Source: Candidatus Heimdallarchaeota archaeon (GTDB taxonomy: Archaea; Asgardarchaeota; Heimdallarchaeia; Hodarchaeales; Hodarchaeaceae). From it: a stretch of 64,000 nt of DNA. How positions within the stretch are numbered: the first letter of the stretch is position 1; every line of letters begins with the position of its first letter. The DNA lies in contig RDOB01000003.1 in assembly GCA_011364965.1 (NCBI GenBank), positions 336,276 to 400,275 on the forward strand, in the 5' to 3' direction. A model generated the notes under the pieces. The model was given only the letters and a program-made list of their open reading frames with translations. It searched no databases and had not been told where the DNA came from. Below are positions 19,607 to 30,114 of this stretch, piece after piece. Position numbers and translations under genes: made by a program.

Positions 19607-19816
19607 ATGGAAAGTACCTATAAAATCATTGAGTTAGTTGGATCTTCTCCAACAAGCTGGGAGGATGCTATACAAAGAGCTATTACTGAAGCTTCAAAAT
19701 CACTACGAGATCTAAGAATCGCAACGGTAGATGAATTGGATTGTAAAATCGAGAACGGTAAAATAGTATCATATCGTGCACGTTTCCGATTGAGTTTTAA
19801 ATACGAAACAGATTAA
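19607..19816 (+). CDS. Dodecin-family flavin-binding protein
   Basis: 69 aa. YKIIELVGSSPTSWEDAIQRAITEASKSLRDLRIA...ENGKIVSYRARFRLSFKYE matches the dodecin pattern (KviElvGsS..SWedA...a...A.ktlr). Confidence 0.85.
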   Translation: MESTYKIIELVGSSPTSWEDAIQRAITEASKSLRDLRIATVDELDCKIENGKIVSYRARFRLSFKYETD

Positions 19817-19829
19817 ATAATATTTGGTT

Positions 19830-19870
19830 AGGAGACATTAGAGTTAAATATTCTCCTTATTCCCTTTTTT
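19830..19870 (+). terminator. Hairpin AGGAGA/TCTCCT followed by T6 after the dodecin gene
   Basis: Arms at 19830-19835 and 19852-19857. T6 at 19865-19870. Confidence 0.4.
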
Positions 19871-20086
19871 GATAGATTATTGTTCCACACGAAGCACAAT
19901 ACCGTTCATGTAAATCAAGCTCACTATCTAATTACACTTTGGATCTCATTCTTAAAAATCTGGCGAAAGAAGAATCATTCCTCCTAAGTTTTTTGATGCC
20001 TTCTCATCCGCATTTCATAGGGATTTCTCTTTAATTCGCTTAGTTGTATATAGATCTTTATCATAACAACCTTTCTAGGTGTATTT

Positions 20087-20759
20087 ATGAAACAAATTAC
20101 TAGGATGCTAATATTAATGTTGTTTCTATCTGGTGTATTTACAATTTCATCAAATATGATGCAAATGCCTTTAAAATTTAAAACAACATCAGAAATAGAA
20201 ACACAGTCCATTGCTACAGTTGAACTTGAGGAAGGAAGGACAAACGCTCTTCAATAGCTTTATGCTAGACTGTTTGAATGCTGACTTCGATGATTCAACC
20301 TATAAAGATGCATATGAATTGTGGTTGAATGAAATTGCATTCATGATGCGCCTAGCAATCGATTCACCTACAGTTATTTCTTATGTGAAAGGTTCTAAGG
20401 GAAATAATATTAGCTGGACTCCAACAAGTTGGTACCCTGATGAATATTCAGTTGATATAAATGGTACGATCGCTACTACAAGTCCATGGGATGGCGGTGC
20501 TATTCTGTTTGGCGCAGATGGTCTAGCAACAGGAATTTATTTAATTACTTTCACGGTCTCTGATGGTTTAGGATTAACTGCCTCAGATACTGTTCAGGTT
20601 AACGTCACAGCTAATCCAAACATTTTCGCTTTTCTAGAAGATATCAATTCCGAGCTCCTTCTCTTAATAGGTGGAGAGCTTATTGGCTTGCTTCTAATAG
20701 TAATTATCTTCCGAAGAATACGAGGTGAATCATCTAAACCAACCAAGAAGAAAATGTAG
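20087..20759 (+). pseudogene. Surface-protein gene split by a frameshift (signal peptide in one frame, ectodomain plus C-terminal anchor in another)
   Basis: ATG 20087..TAG 20257 encodes MKQITRMLILMLFLSGVFTISS... (signal peptide, 56 aa). The 20211..20759 ORF (frame open from 20199) encodes a beta-sandwich-type ectodomain, a TM helix and a basic tail, but has no signal peptide. The overlap contains the slippery-looking GAGGAAGGAAGGA (20228-20240). Confidence 0.5.
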
Positions 20760-20779
20760 CCGTGAAATAAGGAAAAATG

Positions 20780-20824
20780 AACCTGTTATTCAAAATAGGT
20801 TCAATTTCGTTTTTTTGTTTTAGA
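20780..20824. terminator. Hairpin GAACCT/AGGTTC plus T7 between convergent genes
   Basis: Arms at 20780-20785 and 20798-20803. T7 at 20811-20817. The complementary strand also shows a T-run after the stem. Confidence 0.45.
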
Positions 20825-20862
20825 TTTCCCATGAAAATCTGAGAGAGAAGATTGGGTTCAAA

Positions 20863-22170
20863 TTAGCAAGAATTATCAAAGGTTTCTGCAAGATTGGTAC
20901 CTTTTGTCTCATGAAGTATAAAATAGACGACTGGGATTATTAATAGAAGTAAGAGACCTAAAACTAAGAAACAATAACCTAAACCAATGATAGGGATAAG
21001 TAATCCAGTGAATGCACTTCCAGTTGTGATTCCAAAGGCATAGAAAAGACTTCTATATCCATTTCCTGTCCCGCGAAAATTTGTGGGATAATGTTCTAAG
21101 CAAATCAATCTCCCTATGACATTCAAGGACCAGAAAGCTCCTGACAACAACATCGCTCCTATTAAAACTCCAATTTCAGAACTACTAAGAACCAATATCA
21201 CTCCTATAGGAAAAATACAGACTAACAAAGAAATTGTTGATTTCCTTCCTAGCAAGTCAGCAATGACTCCACAAAGAGCATAACTAATAATAGACGCAAT
21301 TCCCATAAGAAAAATAACAAAAGAGACAAAATCCAGAGGAAATCCACGGTCACTCATTAGATATGTCTCTCCCAACGTGAGAAAAGTATAATTCATTCCA
21401 GTTAGAAAACTCATTCCAATGATTGCTAGAGAAATTTTGTGGTAAGGAGCCTGGAAAGGAGAAAGTAGTTGGGAAATCCAGGGAGAAGAAGAGGGAAGCT
21501 TCAAATCATCCTGTTTAGCTAATTTGAATATACGATAACTTCGAGTCTCTCTGAGAAATAAAGCTAGGAAGGATAGAGGGATTGCCAATGCAGCGAACCA
21601 CGTCATCGCTCGCCAAGTATACGCGGGAACTAGTAAAGATCTTAAGATAGGTATGAGAAGGGTCACAGATGCTCCAGCAACTAAAATAAGATTAACAATA
21701 ATGGCACGATATTTCTCTGGAGCTTCTTCAGAAATAGTAATAACCCAGATATCAGAACTAAACCAGACAAAAAGGAAAAAGAGAAAAGCAGAATACTCAA
21801 CAAGATTAGAACTCAACCCTAGCAGCAATGACATTAATCCCATACCAAATAAAACAATGAAAAGCATAGGTTTACGTCCAATACGATCTGCAATAGCTTG
21901 ATTAAGAAATACGAAATACATTCCTACTGATGATAGAGCGACTGCAAAAGCATAATCAGCTGCGGAAGCCTGAAATTCACTAATGACGAAAGAACCTATA
22001 GTGGACCAAAAAAGCGTGGTATAAGTGTCAAAAATCTCGTTAAAGATGAGAAAAAGTATTAAAAATGCCAAATACCAAGACCAAGCAGATTTAAACTGAT
22101 TAGTTGACAATAAAGTCCTCCTAAAACTCCTGCAATATAATTCAGAAGTTAGTATGAAAAAAACTATCAT
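20863..22170 (-). CDS. MFS transporter
   Basis: About 12 hydrophobic segments, and MFS motif A in IADRIGRKPMLFI. Confidence 0.75.
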   Translation of the reverse strand: MIVFFILTSELYCRSFRRTLLSTNQFKSAWSWYLAFLILFLIFNEIFDTYTTLFWSTIGSFVISEFQASAADYAFAVALSSVGMYFVFLNQAIADRIGRKPMLFIVLFGMGLMSLLLGLSSNLVEYSAFLFFLFVWFSSDIWVITISEEAPEKYRAIIVNLILVAGASVTLLIPILRSLLVPAYTWRAMTWFAALAIPLSFLALFLRETRSYRIFKLAKQDDLKLPSSSPWISQLLSPFQAPYHKISLAIIGMSFLTGMNYTFLTLGETYLMSDRGFPLDFVSFVIFLMGIASIISYALCGVIADLLGRKSTISLLVCIFPIGVILVLSSSEIGVLIGAMLLSGAFWSLNVIGRLICLEHYPTNFRGTGNGYRSLFYAFGITTGSAFTGLLIPIIGLGYCFLVLGLLLLLIIPVVYFILHETKGTNLAETFDNSC

Positions 22171-22252
22171 TCTTGATATTCTTTTAGCTAACTAATGTAA
22201 CTTTCAGGAAGTAAAAAGATACAAATCCTTTGATTAGAAAAATCCTCCTTTT

Positions 22253-22393
22253 TCAATGGCCGGGACAAACGTGTGGAATTTTGCTTTTAGGGGAAATAAA
22301 TGAAACAATAATGATTTTTTCACGGCGATTGATATACTGAATTATTACATCATCATCAACCTGTGATTTATTGAATGAAAACTGCTTGGTCAT
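22253..22393 (-). CDS. Unlisted 46-aa ORF between the SDR and MFS genes, hypothetical
   Basis: ATG at 22393, 10 nt after the SDR stop and preceded by AGGTGA. Encodes MTKQFSFNKSQVDDDVIIQYINRREKIIIVSFISPKSKIPHVCPGH. Below the 60-aa track cutoff. Confidence 0.3.
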   Translation of the reverse strand: MTKQFSFNKSQVDDDVIIQYINRREKIIIVSFISPKSKIPHVCPGH

Positions 22394-22403
22394 AGTTATT
22401 CAC

Positions 22404-23144
22404 CTACCACGGTAACTCGTTACCCTGCCAATCTAAGAATTTTCCCGAATCCTTTAATTCCAATGATTCAATAATGGATATCATACCTTGAACAGAATCA
22501 CGGGCTTCAAGAGGAGCATTCTCACAGTATAACATCGTTGTTTTTACCCATCCTGGATGAAAAGAAACCACAATGATTTTGTCTTCTTTTAGCTCAAAAG
22601 AAAGCATCTTAGTAAACATGTTAAGAGCAGCTTTACTCGAACTGTAACCATAACCAGTACTACCATTTCCTCGCTTTTTAGTAATACTCCCACTATTTGA
22701 TGAAATATTCACAACAATAGGATTTGTACTCTTTGCTAGTAATGGAAAAAACTTCTCTGTGATTAAAAGAGGAGCCACAGCATTAACCAAAAGACTTCTA
22801 CACAGATCAACTTGATTAAGCTCACCAAAGCGATACCGAAATTTTTCATTCCCTGAAGCAATACCTGCATTATTAATCAGAATATCGAGGTGATTTATTT
22901 TCTCAATTAACTTTTCAAATATCTTCTGACGGGACTCCTCCTCACTTACATCCAGATTTTGAATGATTAATCGATTATCATATTGGTCTTTCAGCTGCTG
23001 TAATTCTGGTGATGTGAAAGGGGTTCGACTAGCTGTAACAACAAAAAATCCCATCCTCAAGAATTGTTTTGTGAATTCGAACCCAATTCCCCGAGTTCCA
23101 CCTGTAATAAGCACATTTTTTTGGGGATTATTTTTAGAATTCAA
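22404..23144 (-). CDS. Short-chain dehydrogenase/reductase (SDR)
   Basis: VLITGGTRGIGFEF (TGxxxGxG), NNAGI, and the catalytic YSSSK. Confidence 0.85.
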   Translation of the reverse strand: MNSKNNPQKNVLITGGTRGIGFEFTKQFLRMGFFVVTASRTPFTSPELQQLKDQYDNRLIIQNLDVSEEESRQKIFEKLIEKINHLDILINNAGIASGNEKFRYRFGELNQVDLCRSLLVNAVAPLLITEKFFPLLAKSTNPIVVNISSNSGSITKKRGNGSTGYGYSSSKAALNMFTKMLSFELKEDKIIVVSFHPGWVKTTMLYCENAPLEARDSVQGMISIIESLELKDSGKFLDWQGNELPW

Positions 23145-23438
23145 GGTCTATTCCACTAAATTCAGAGTAACGGACGTTTCTATCCAAGATTGAACGGTTC
23201 ATAAATTACTCTTCAAATATAAATGGAATTGTTTATACCAATAAATAATTTTTGTTTGAGGTGAAAAGGAGCTCAATAACTATGAAAGATGTTACTAAAG
23301 CAAAATTCGAATAATTATTCCGAAATATCTTTTAGATTATCTCGCTAGGAACTCAAGGATAGTGAGAAACTTCATACGGAGCGTTACCTATCCTTACCTT
23401 TGGAAATAATTCGATGCTTGTTTCAAGATTAAAAGGAG

Positions 23439-24164
23439 TCACTGAGGTCGAAACACTTGGTCAGGAGGTGTAGTTTCATTAATGATATTACTGGTGAGAT
23501 TCCAAGATTCAATCATTCCTCCCCAAGACGGTTTAATCTCCGCTCTATGACGGAGATATACTTGAATCCAGTCATATGGAGGAATCATAACATGCCAAGA
23601 TAATTCAAGTTCCCAAAATTCACTTTTGAATAAATAATGCTCCACAATAAGTAATCCAGCATCATTGCAGGATATATCCCAAGGAGTAGTAACATTAATG
23701 TTGAATTGGGGTTTGGATTGTTCAAAATACTCAAGAAATGGGGTTAATCTCTCGTAAGCTGGTTCATGTTCAGAGTCTCCCCAATCCCAAACTTCAAGAA
23801 CAGCATTATCAGATGTTTCGCCAATGGTAACCTCCAGCAGAATATTCTGCCCAATATGAGTAGAGTTGGGAAAAAGAAAAATCTCAAGGACAGATGGTGT
23901 TATATTTGCCCAGAGTTGATATTCCGTTACAATCGAAACATTGGTTGAGATGATAATTTCAGAGATAGATTGAGGGATTATACTGGAAATATTGACAATA
24001 AACCACGCAAAATTATTAGGACATGAATTCACCTTTTTTGTAACAATTTCTATGCTAATTGTTGTGTTTGTGGAATTCTGAAGCAATACAAATGCAAAAA
24101 ACAAAGTAAAGAATAGGATTAAACCAATGGAAAATGTCGCAATCCATATAGTAGTTCTAGACAA
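23439..24164 (-). CDS. Secreted/membrane-anchored hypothetical protein
   Basis: N-terminal signal anchor (TIWIATFSIGLILFFTLFFAFVLL) and several N-x-S/T sequons. Confidence 0.45.
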   Translation of the reverse strand: MSRTTIWIATFSIGLILFFTLFFAFVLLQNSTNTTISIEIVTKKVNSCPNNFAWFIVNISSIIPQSISEIIISTNVSIVTEYQLWANITPSVLEIFLFPNSTHIGQNILLEVTIGETSDNAVLEVWDWGDSEHEPAYERLTPFLEYFEQSKPQFNINVTTPWDISCNDAGLLIVEHYLFKSEFWELELSWHVMIPPYDWIQVYLRHRAEIKPSWGGMIESWNLTSNIINETTPPDQVFRPQ

Positions 24165-24415
24165 TGGGTATTATCCCTCTAAAGGAATTATATTGATTAT
24201 AGATAGATAGCTACTGAGATTAAAGAGTAAGTTTTGATGCAATTTGATATATTTCCTAAAAAGTGGATTTAGAGGGAACATAAGTCCTGAATGACTCAAT
24301 TGTAGTAAAATTATAAACCAAGTAAAGATTGATGTTTCCCAAATTTAATAAACTTGTCTGTGTCCAATTCATGAGATTTGATAGATCAGGTTAGCTAATA
24401 CTGAGGTTGGCATAA

Positions 24416-27244
24416 TTGACTTTGAATAAAAAAATACTAATATTATTGCTAGCTAGTATTATATTGTCTGGAATTTCTCGATATTTTTACAATACTGAAT
24501 TCAATAAAAATTTATTTGAACAAAAAATAACAAAGAATCCATATCAAGATGCAGGGAGACCTCAAATTCCCGTAGAACCCTCATTGAGCCCCAATCTAAA
24601 TTCTTATCTACCAAAGTTCGCAATAGAGACTACAAGAGAGATGCAGGAGAATGAGGATGATTTTTATGCGGGATTATTAACTAATTTGACTGTTAATACA
24701 GAAGGAAATCTGTTATTAGACAAATGGGACATAGATAATTGGAAGGATATCACCACTTCGGGTCCGTCTAAAAGATGGGGCCATGCTATGGCATACGACT
24801 CTAAATTCAATAAAATAGTCTTATTTGGAGGCAGGAATGACGATTGGGAGTTTTTATATGATACATGGGTTTATGATCTGGAAACAAACACTTGGGCTGA
24901 AATTTACATTCCAGAAATGTACCCAGATCCACGCATACATCATACGATGGTTTATTCTCCTGCAGCTGACCTGATTCTGTTACATGGAGGATTGAGTCAA
25001 TGGGAGGAAGCTCTTGAAGATATGTGGACTTTTGATCTTAAAACTAATGAATGGGCATTTTTAGACTTTGGGCCTAGACGGTGCGGTCATACGCTGGTTT
25101 ATGATCCATTTGAGGAGAATATTATTCTCTTTGGAGGGTATGATCCCTATTATCGAACATACTTTCGGGATACATGGTTATTAGACTGGCGAGGAGGGCA
25201 TCCAGCAGACTGGTATAATATCACATCAAGCTTAGATACTCTCAGTCCACGCGCATTTTATTCCATGTCATGTGTATATTCAAATGAGGATCTTAAGGAT
25301 AGATCTCTTATTTTATTTGGAGGTGAAAATGATGGAAACGGTTTTGATGATACCTGGATTTATGATTTTAACCATTGGACTCAGATTTCTCCATCAACAT
25401 CCCCAAGTGAAAGACTGGGACATACTATGATCTATGATAATGTGACACCTCAGGTAGTTATATTTGGGGGGTATTCCACTGAAACTTATGAAATGTGTTC
25501 TGATACGTGGATTTTCAATCTTACTACCTCCTCATGGACCCAAAAAAGTCCATCTGAACACCCAGAGGGAAGATATTATCATAGCATGGTTCACATCCCA
25601 AAAGCGAACTTAAGTTTAATATTTGGAGGGTATGACCCATCAGAATACCCCGATATTCATTTCAGTGATACATGGATCTACCTAACTAATAATTATTATG
25701 AATCAGGATCATTTCTCTCTCAGATAACAAATTTTGACCATATTTATAACATTCAGGGAAATATGAGTTGGAACATTCCCAATGCTCCAGCAAATACTTC
25801 TCTAGAAATACAAATTGGATTTTCTAATACCACTAATGACGATAACTTTCGATTTTGGTCCATTAATGAACCCGAAGATACATTTACGGGCCTTGCTCAA
25901 TATATTCGCTTTCAAGCACAATTCAAAGCGAATTTGATCCAGAATTCAACTCCTTGGCTAGAATGGGTGAATATTTCATGTACCCTTTTCAGACCAGTGC
26001 CATTTGTAGAAATAACGAATCCATTAGATGATAATCAAGTAACGGGAGCGATTTTTGTCTCTGCAAAAAGCGAATCTCCAAATGGCATTGCAAACATTTC
26101 TTTCCTTATCGATGAGGTTTTACAGGTTACTCTGCTTTCAGAACCCTACAGATTTCTTTGGAATAGCGAAACAACAGTCAATAAGGTCATAACTATAACT
26201 GCAGTTGCAATTACTACCTTGGGCCAAACAAACTCTCATTCTGTCCAAGTAGAGGTGCACAATCAAGTTAATACATATCCCAGTTCGCCCCAAAATCTTT
26301 CAGCGATCACAGGACAAAATAATATTTCATTAATGTGGGATCCACCGCTTGATACAGGAGGTACAGAAATAGTACAGTATAATATCTATCGAGGAACTAC
26401 ATCTACTGAATATCTCTTCTTAGGTTTAACTACCCTTATAACTTTCACTGATATAATGGTCAGCACTGGAATTACGTATCATTATGCTGTCACCGCGGAG
26501 AATAGCGTGGGTGAGAGTGGATTTTCAACACCAGTAAGTATTGCTATCACAGATGTCTCTGCTACCGTTCCAGACACTCCGAGTGATTTAAGCGCTAGTA
26601 CAGGGTATAATTATGTCGAATTAAATTGGAATGTACCAGAGAAAAATGGAGGAAGCCCTCTCATAGGTTATCGAGTTTACCGGGGAATCCAGAGTGGGGA
26701 TTATAATGTAATCTTTCTCTCTACAACACCGAATTATAATGACACACTTGTCAAAGCAGGTTCAACGTACTATTACGTGATAACAGCTGAGAACGATGTA
26801 GGAGAGAGCTTAGTTTCGGAAGAAATTATAATCACAACTTCAGATCCACCTTCCACTCTCACTATTCCTAATCCTCCAAGCAGTTTAACAACCAATGCAG
26901 GCGAAAATTATGTGGAAATAAGCTGGAATGCTCCAGAAAATGATGGAGGGAGTCCAATCACCAGCTATCGCGTATATCGAGGAACACAGACAGGTGAGTA
27001 TTCCCTAATTTTTATTACTACGCGGACAACGTATAATGACACCCTAATCCTTGGCGAAACGACATATTATTATGTAATAACTGCTGTAAATGCTCTTGGG
27101 GAGAGTTACTATTCACAGGAAGAAGAGGCAACTCCCACAGGAGTCTCTATTCCCAAGTCGGGGGCATTCCCAGATATTTTAAGTATAATAGCTATTCTAG
27201 TGGTAGGGGTGGTCCTCATACGGAAGAAGAGACAAAAATCCTGA
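24416..27244 (+). CDS. Cell-surface protein: Kelch-repeat propeller plus three fibronectin type III domains plus C-terminal TM anchor
   Basis: Kelch-like units (RWGHAMAYD..IVLFGGRND..DTWVYDLETNTW, repeated about 6 times). Three FN3 units each contain W(D/N)xP..GGSPI..Y.VYRG. C-terminal SGAFPDILSIIAILVVGVVLIRKKRQKS. TTG start. Confidence 0.8.
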   Translation: MTLNKKILILLLASIILSGISRYFYNTEFNKNLFEQKITKNPYQDAGRPQIPVEPSLSPNLNSYLPKFAIETTREMQENEDDFYAGLLTNLTVNTEGNLLLDKWDIDNWKDITTSGPSKRWGHAMAYDSKFNKIVLFGGRNDDWEFLYDTWVYDLETNTWAEIYIPEMYPDPRIHHTMVYSPAADLILLHGGLSQWEEALEDMWTFDLKTNEWAFLDFGPRRCGHTLVYDPFEENIILFGGYDPYYRTYFRDTWLLDWRGGHPADWYNITSSLDTLSPRAFYSMSCVYSNEDLKDRSLILFGGENDGNGFDDTWIYDFNHWTQISPSTSPSERLGHTMIYDNVTPQVVIFGGYSTETYEMCSDTWIFNLTTSSWTQKSPSEHPEGRYYHSMVHIPKANLSLIFGGYDPSEYPDIHFSDTWIYLTNNYYESGSFLSQITNFDHIYNIQGNMSWNIPNAPANTSLEIQIGFSNTTNDDNFRFWSINEPEDTFTGLAQYIRFQAQFKANLIQNSTPWLEWVNISCTLFRPVPFVEITNPLDDNQVTGAIFVSAKSESPNGIANISFLIDEVLQVTLLSEPYRFLWNSETTVNKVITITAVAITTLGQTNSHSVQVEVHNQVNTYPSSPQNLSAITGQNNISLMWDPPLDTGGTEIVQYNIYRGTTSTEYLFLGLTTLITFTDIMVSTGITYHYAVTAENSVGESGFSTPVSIAITDVSATVPDTPSDLSASTGYNYVELNWNVPEKNGGSPLIGYRVYRGIQSGDYNVIFLSTTPNYNDTLVKAGSTYYYVITAENDVGESLVSEEIIITTSDPPSTLTIPNPPSSLTTNAGENYVEISWNAPENDGGSPITSYRVYRGTQTGEYSLIFITTRTTYNDTLILGETTYYYVITAVNALGESYYSQEEEATPTGVSIPKSGAFPDILSIIAILVVGVVLIRKKRQKS
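26278..27135 (+). repeat. Three tandem FN3-encoding repeats (~290 nt each) inside the Kelch/FN3 gene
   Basis: Repeat starts lie near 26278, 26567 and 26869. Units 2 and 3 are recognisably similar at DNA level (ggaggaagccctctcataggttatcgagtttaccgggga vs ggagggagtccaatcaccagctatcgcgtatatcgagga). Confidence 0.7.
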
Positions 27245-27271
27245 AAACGAAAATGATAATGATCAAAGTCT

Positions 27272-28057
27272 TTAGGGTAAATGTATAAAGAATGTGGACC
27301 ACGGATTATTAGGTGCTAAGAAGGGAGCTAGAATCGCATAAATCAGGACAACAGTAATTGGAATACTGATATTGTCTACTTCACTCGGTGACAACGCCTC
27401 AGTAATAGTTCCAGCGACAATCGCTATTAGTGAAGGCCAAAGAATTAAAGCAAAATCATAGCCAAAAGCAATAAAGAATAAAAAACAACTGATCACCGAA
27501 AAAATAAGCATAGATATGGATCCTGGAATCGATTTCTGTGCAAATATAGTATATTTCATTCTATTGATTTTTCGTCCAAATAAATCAGCAACACCATCGC
27601 CAAATGCTAACGTAGATACTACAAGAATTGATATAGGACTACTGCTAGCCTCTAAGGGATAAGATGAAAAACAGAAGAGGGTGACAAACATCCCTGCAAT
27701 CGCATAGTAGAATGTTCCTCGCAATAATTCTTTGGGATCCTCAGAACGAGACATAGATTGAACAAAAGACTCCCCTTTAAACTTTCCAGTGCCAATGAAA
27801 TAGAATAGTATTATAAAAGTCAGAGGAACAGTAGCTGCAAGATAAGGGCTAAACCATTCTCCAGTGTAGAAAAAGAAACTAATTATTAGTGTGGGACCAG
27901 CTAAAAGATGTATAAGTTTTCTAGTTACGTATTGACTAGTAATACCCTTTCTTCTAAGGGTAAAATTCACGATTATAAATACAAAAATGATTATTAATGT
28001 TATTAAGAGAACCAAAATATCTTGGAGAAGAGGGAATTCTGCAGGGAAGAACTTCAT
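27272..28057 (-). CDS. Polyprenol (dolichol/phytol) kinase-family membrane protein (CTP-dependent, CdsA-like superfamily)
   Basis: TRKLIHLLAGP and AFGDGVADLFGRKIN motifs in a ~7-TM protein. Confidence 0.6.
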   Translation of the reverse strand: MKFFPAEFPLLQDILVLLITLIIIFVFIIVNFTLRRKGITSQYVTRKLIHLLAGPTLIISFFFYTGEWFSPYLAATVPLTFIILFYFIGTGKFKGESFVQSMSRSEDPKELLRGTFYYAIAGMFVTLFCFSSYPLEASSSPISILVVSTLAFGDGVADLFGRKINRMKYTIFAQKSIPGSISMLIFSVISCFLFFIAFGYDFALILWPSLIAIVAGTITEALSPSEVDNISIPITVVLIYAILAPFLAPNNPWSTFFIHLP

Positions 28058-28307
28058 CTAGAACCACCCAAGTGCAAACGTTAATCTCCTGATTTAGTAC
28101 TTCAACCTATAAAAAGATTTAGCACAGGAAGGTGACTTCTTTCACATTAGACATTTCTAGAATATTTAAAGTTCCATAAGGAAGGAAAACTCCATATTCT
28201 ATTTCAGATCAATCTTTTCCATAAGAATCAATAAACAGAATGATCTTTTTCAATAACTTCGAGGTTCTGTAGTCATTGGGTTTAAAAAGAGGTCAATCAA
28301 ACAATAC

Positions 28308-30047
28308 ATGATAAAATTGTCAACTTACTATTTTGAAAGTAAGACTGAACATCTAATCACTAAGAAATTCTATTTGGGACTAGGGATTATCATAGGAATA
28401 TTGGGTTTAATATTAGGGATCATGGGACAACAACCAATTGAAATAATCTTCGGAATTATCATTCCGTGCATAGTTCTTTTATTTGTAACCGTAAGCTATG
28501 GTTTGGAACTACTGATAAGAAAAATGGACGAAAAATTTAATTATAAACTAGAGTTCGATCGATCAGAACTTCGAATATATAGAAAGAAAGGCCCGATAGA
28601 AAGCTATGTCTATGGAGATCTACGTTATCGCGCAGAACCTGAAATTATTGATGAAGAAGGGAGATTAAAAAACTTACACATAACTGATGAGGAATTTAAC
28701 GAAGTTTGTGAAACAATTGTAATTATGGATTCTAAGGATAATGAGGTAATAAGCTGCAACCTCGGGTGTATTGAGAAATATGATATGTTACTTGAAGATG
28801 TAGCATCAAAAATTACTCCGTGGACTCCAGAAACCAAACTTATTGAAGAAACAAAGGTCTTTTCTTATAGCAAGATACCAATTATTTGTACTATACTCTC
28901 TATTGTTTTCTATTTCATTTCATTAGGGATTCTAGTGGAACTTATAGAGGCGGATTTTCTTTTTTTGGGTTCTTTAACAGGTGCATTAATCTATTTCATG
29001 TTTGACACGATGCTGTTTAGTCTGTATACATTAATTTGTTATATGACTGCAAAACCAGGAAGTATTTTCCCGATCACATTAACAAGAGAGGGACTTTTAT
29101 TTAGTCAATCCTCTGCAATTCTACCTTGGGATCACCTAGATATCTATTATTATGGATTAAAACGACCTAATCTACGAATCCAGTGTCAAAACAAATCAAT
29201 AACGTTCAATCCTATGTGGGTTAAGAATTATTCGGAATTTAGAAAAGCTACAAAACCCCATCTTAGATATACAGGATTTTTAAAGAAGAAAAAAACGAAA
29301 AATGGCGTTACAAGACGAATTTTAATAAAAAACTTGATAGCTCATGCTATTAAAGAATATCAGCTTTTTCTTCTAATAAGTGCTCTATTGTTGGTTACAA
29401 CATCAAATGTTCTTATTTTTACACCCATTGTAAATTCCATGCATATAGATTATTCAAATCAGCTAATATTTCAGAACTCTGACACTACTCTAGAGAGTTT
29501 TAGTCTATCAAGTCCAATAGCAAAATCATATAAATGGGAGCTTGCTTTTACCTTGGTAGGGAATATAGCTGCTTATGAGATATTCTGGAATTTTCAAACA
29601 GAATACGATCTATACAGTAATTTAACCAGTGGAATAATTGACTATAGAATGGTTCTGAAGCTAAATAGAAATACTAACGCGGTCGTGAATAGGACTGCTT
29701 ACAGTACCATTGAGTTCACCAATAGCTCCTATCTGCATGCAGGGTGGAGTAACTATAAGGGTGAGTTAGATCCCAATTATTTTCAGGAAGGAGACAATAT
29801 TGCGGAATTCACTGTAATTATTTACTCAAATTATCTCCTTACGGTTACTGAAACAGGACGATTTAACTGGAATACAAGTGGATTCACCTTAACATTCAAC
29901 GCAGTAAATACAGGAGATGGGATTCCAGAAGCCGCGAAACTCTTTCCAGGCTTTAACGCGTATATAACTGAAGCTTTTATTTTATTAGCGTTACTTCCTT
30001 TTGCTTCAGTTATTGATATGCGATTTAAAAAGATAAGAATTACATAA
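28308..30047 (+). CDS. Polytopic membrane protein with extracytoplasmic C-terminal domain, hypothetical
   Basis: Multiple hydrophobic helices in two clusters, an N-x-S/T-rich C-terminal region, and a terminal TM plus basic tail. Confidence 0.45.
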   Translation: MIKLSTYYFESKTEHLITKKFYLGLGIIIGILGLILGIMGQQPIEIIFGIIIPCIVLLFVTVSYGLELLIRKMDEKFNYKLEFDRSELRIYRKKGPIESYVYGDLRYRAEPEIIDEEGRLKNLHITDEEFNEVCETIVIMDSKDNEVISCNLGCIEKYDMLLEDVASKITPWTPETKLIEETKVFSYSKIPIICTILSIVFYFISLGILVELIEADFLFLGSLTGALIYFMFDTMLFSLYTLICYMTAKPGSIFPITLTREGLLFSQSSAILPWDHLDIYYYGLKRPNLRIQCQNKSITFNPMWVKNYSEFRKATKPHLRYTGFLKKKKTKNGVTRRILIKNLIAHAIKEYQLFLLISALLLVTTSNVLIFTPIVNSMHIDYSNQLIFQNSDTTLESFSLSSPIAKSYKWELAFTLVGNIAAYEIFWNFQTEYDLYSNLTSGIIDYRMVLKLNRNTNAVVNRTAYSTIEFTNSSYLHAGWSNYKGELDPNYFQEGDNIAEFTVIIYSNYLLTVTETGRFNWNTSGFTLTFNAVNTGDGIPEAAKLFPGFNAYITEAFILLALLPFASVIDMRFKKIRIT

Positions 30048-30114
30048 ATCTTAGGTTTTGGAGTCAAGACATAACATCATGCAAAATACACTAGTAATCC
30101 ATTAATAACCATAA

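Noticed and set aside
19984-20211. 75-aa minus-strand ORF.
   Set aside because: It overlaps the plus-strand signal-peptide ORF (20087-20257), which fits the downstream surface-protein body. There are no motifs, and it sits in a promoter/leader region.
20845-20860. tRNA T-arm-like strings (GGGTTCAAAT here and GGGTTCGAATC near 43533).
   Set aside because: The flanks are AT-rich and cannot form acceptor, D or anticodon stems. The second string lies inside the RtcB-like CDS. No tRNA or rRNA gene could be supported anywhere in the window.
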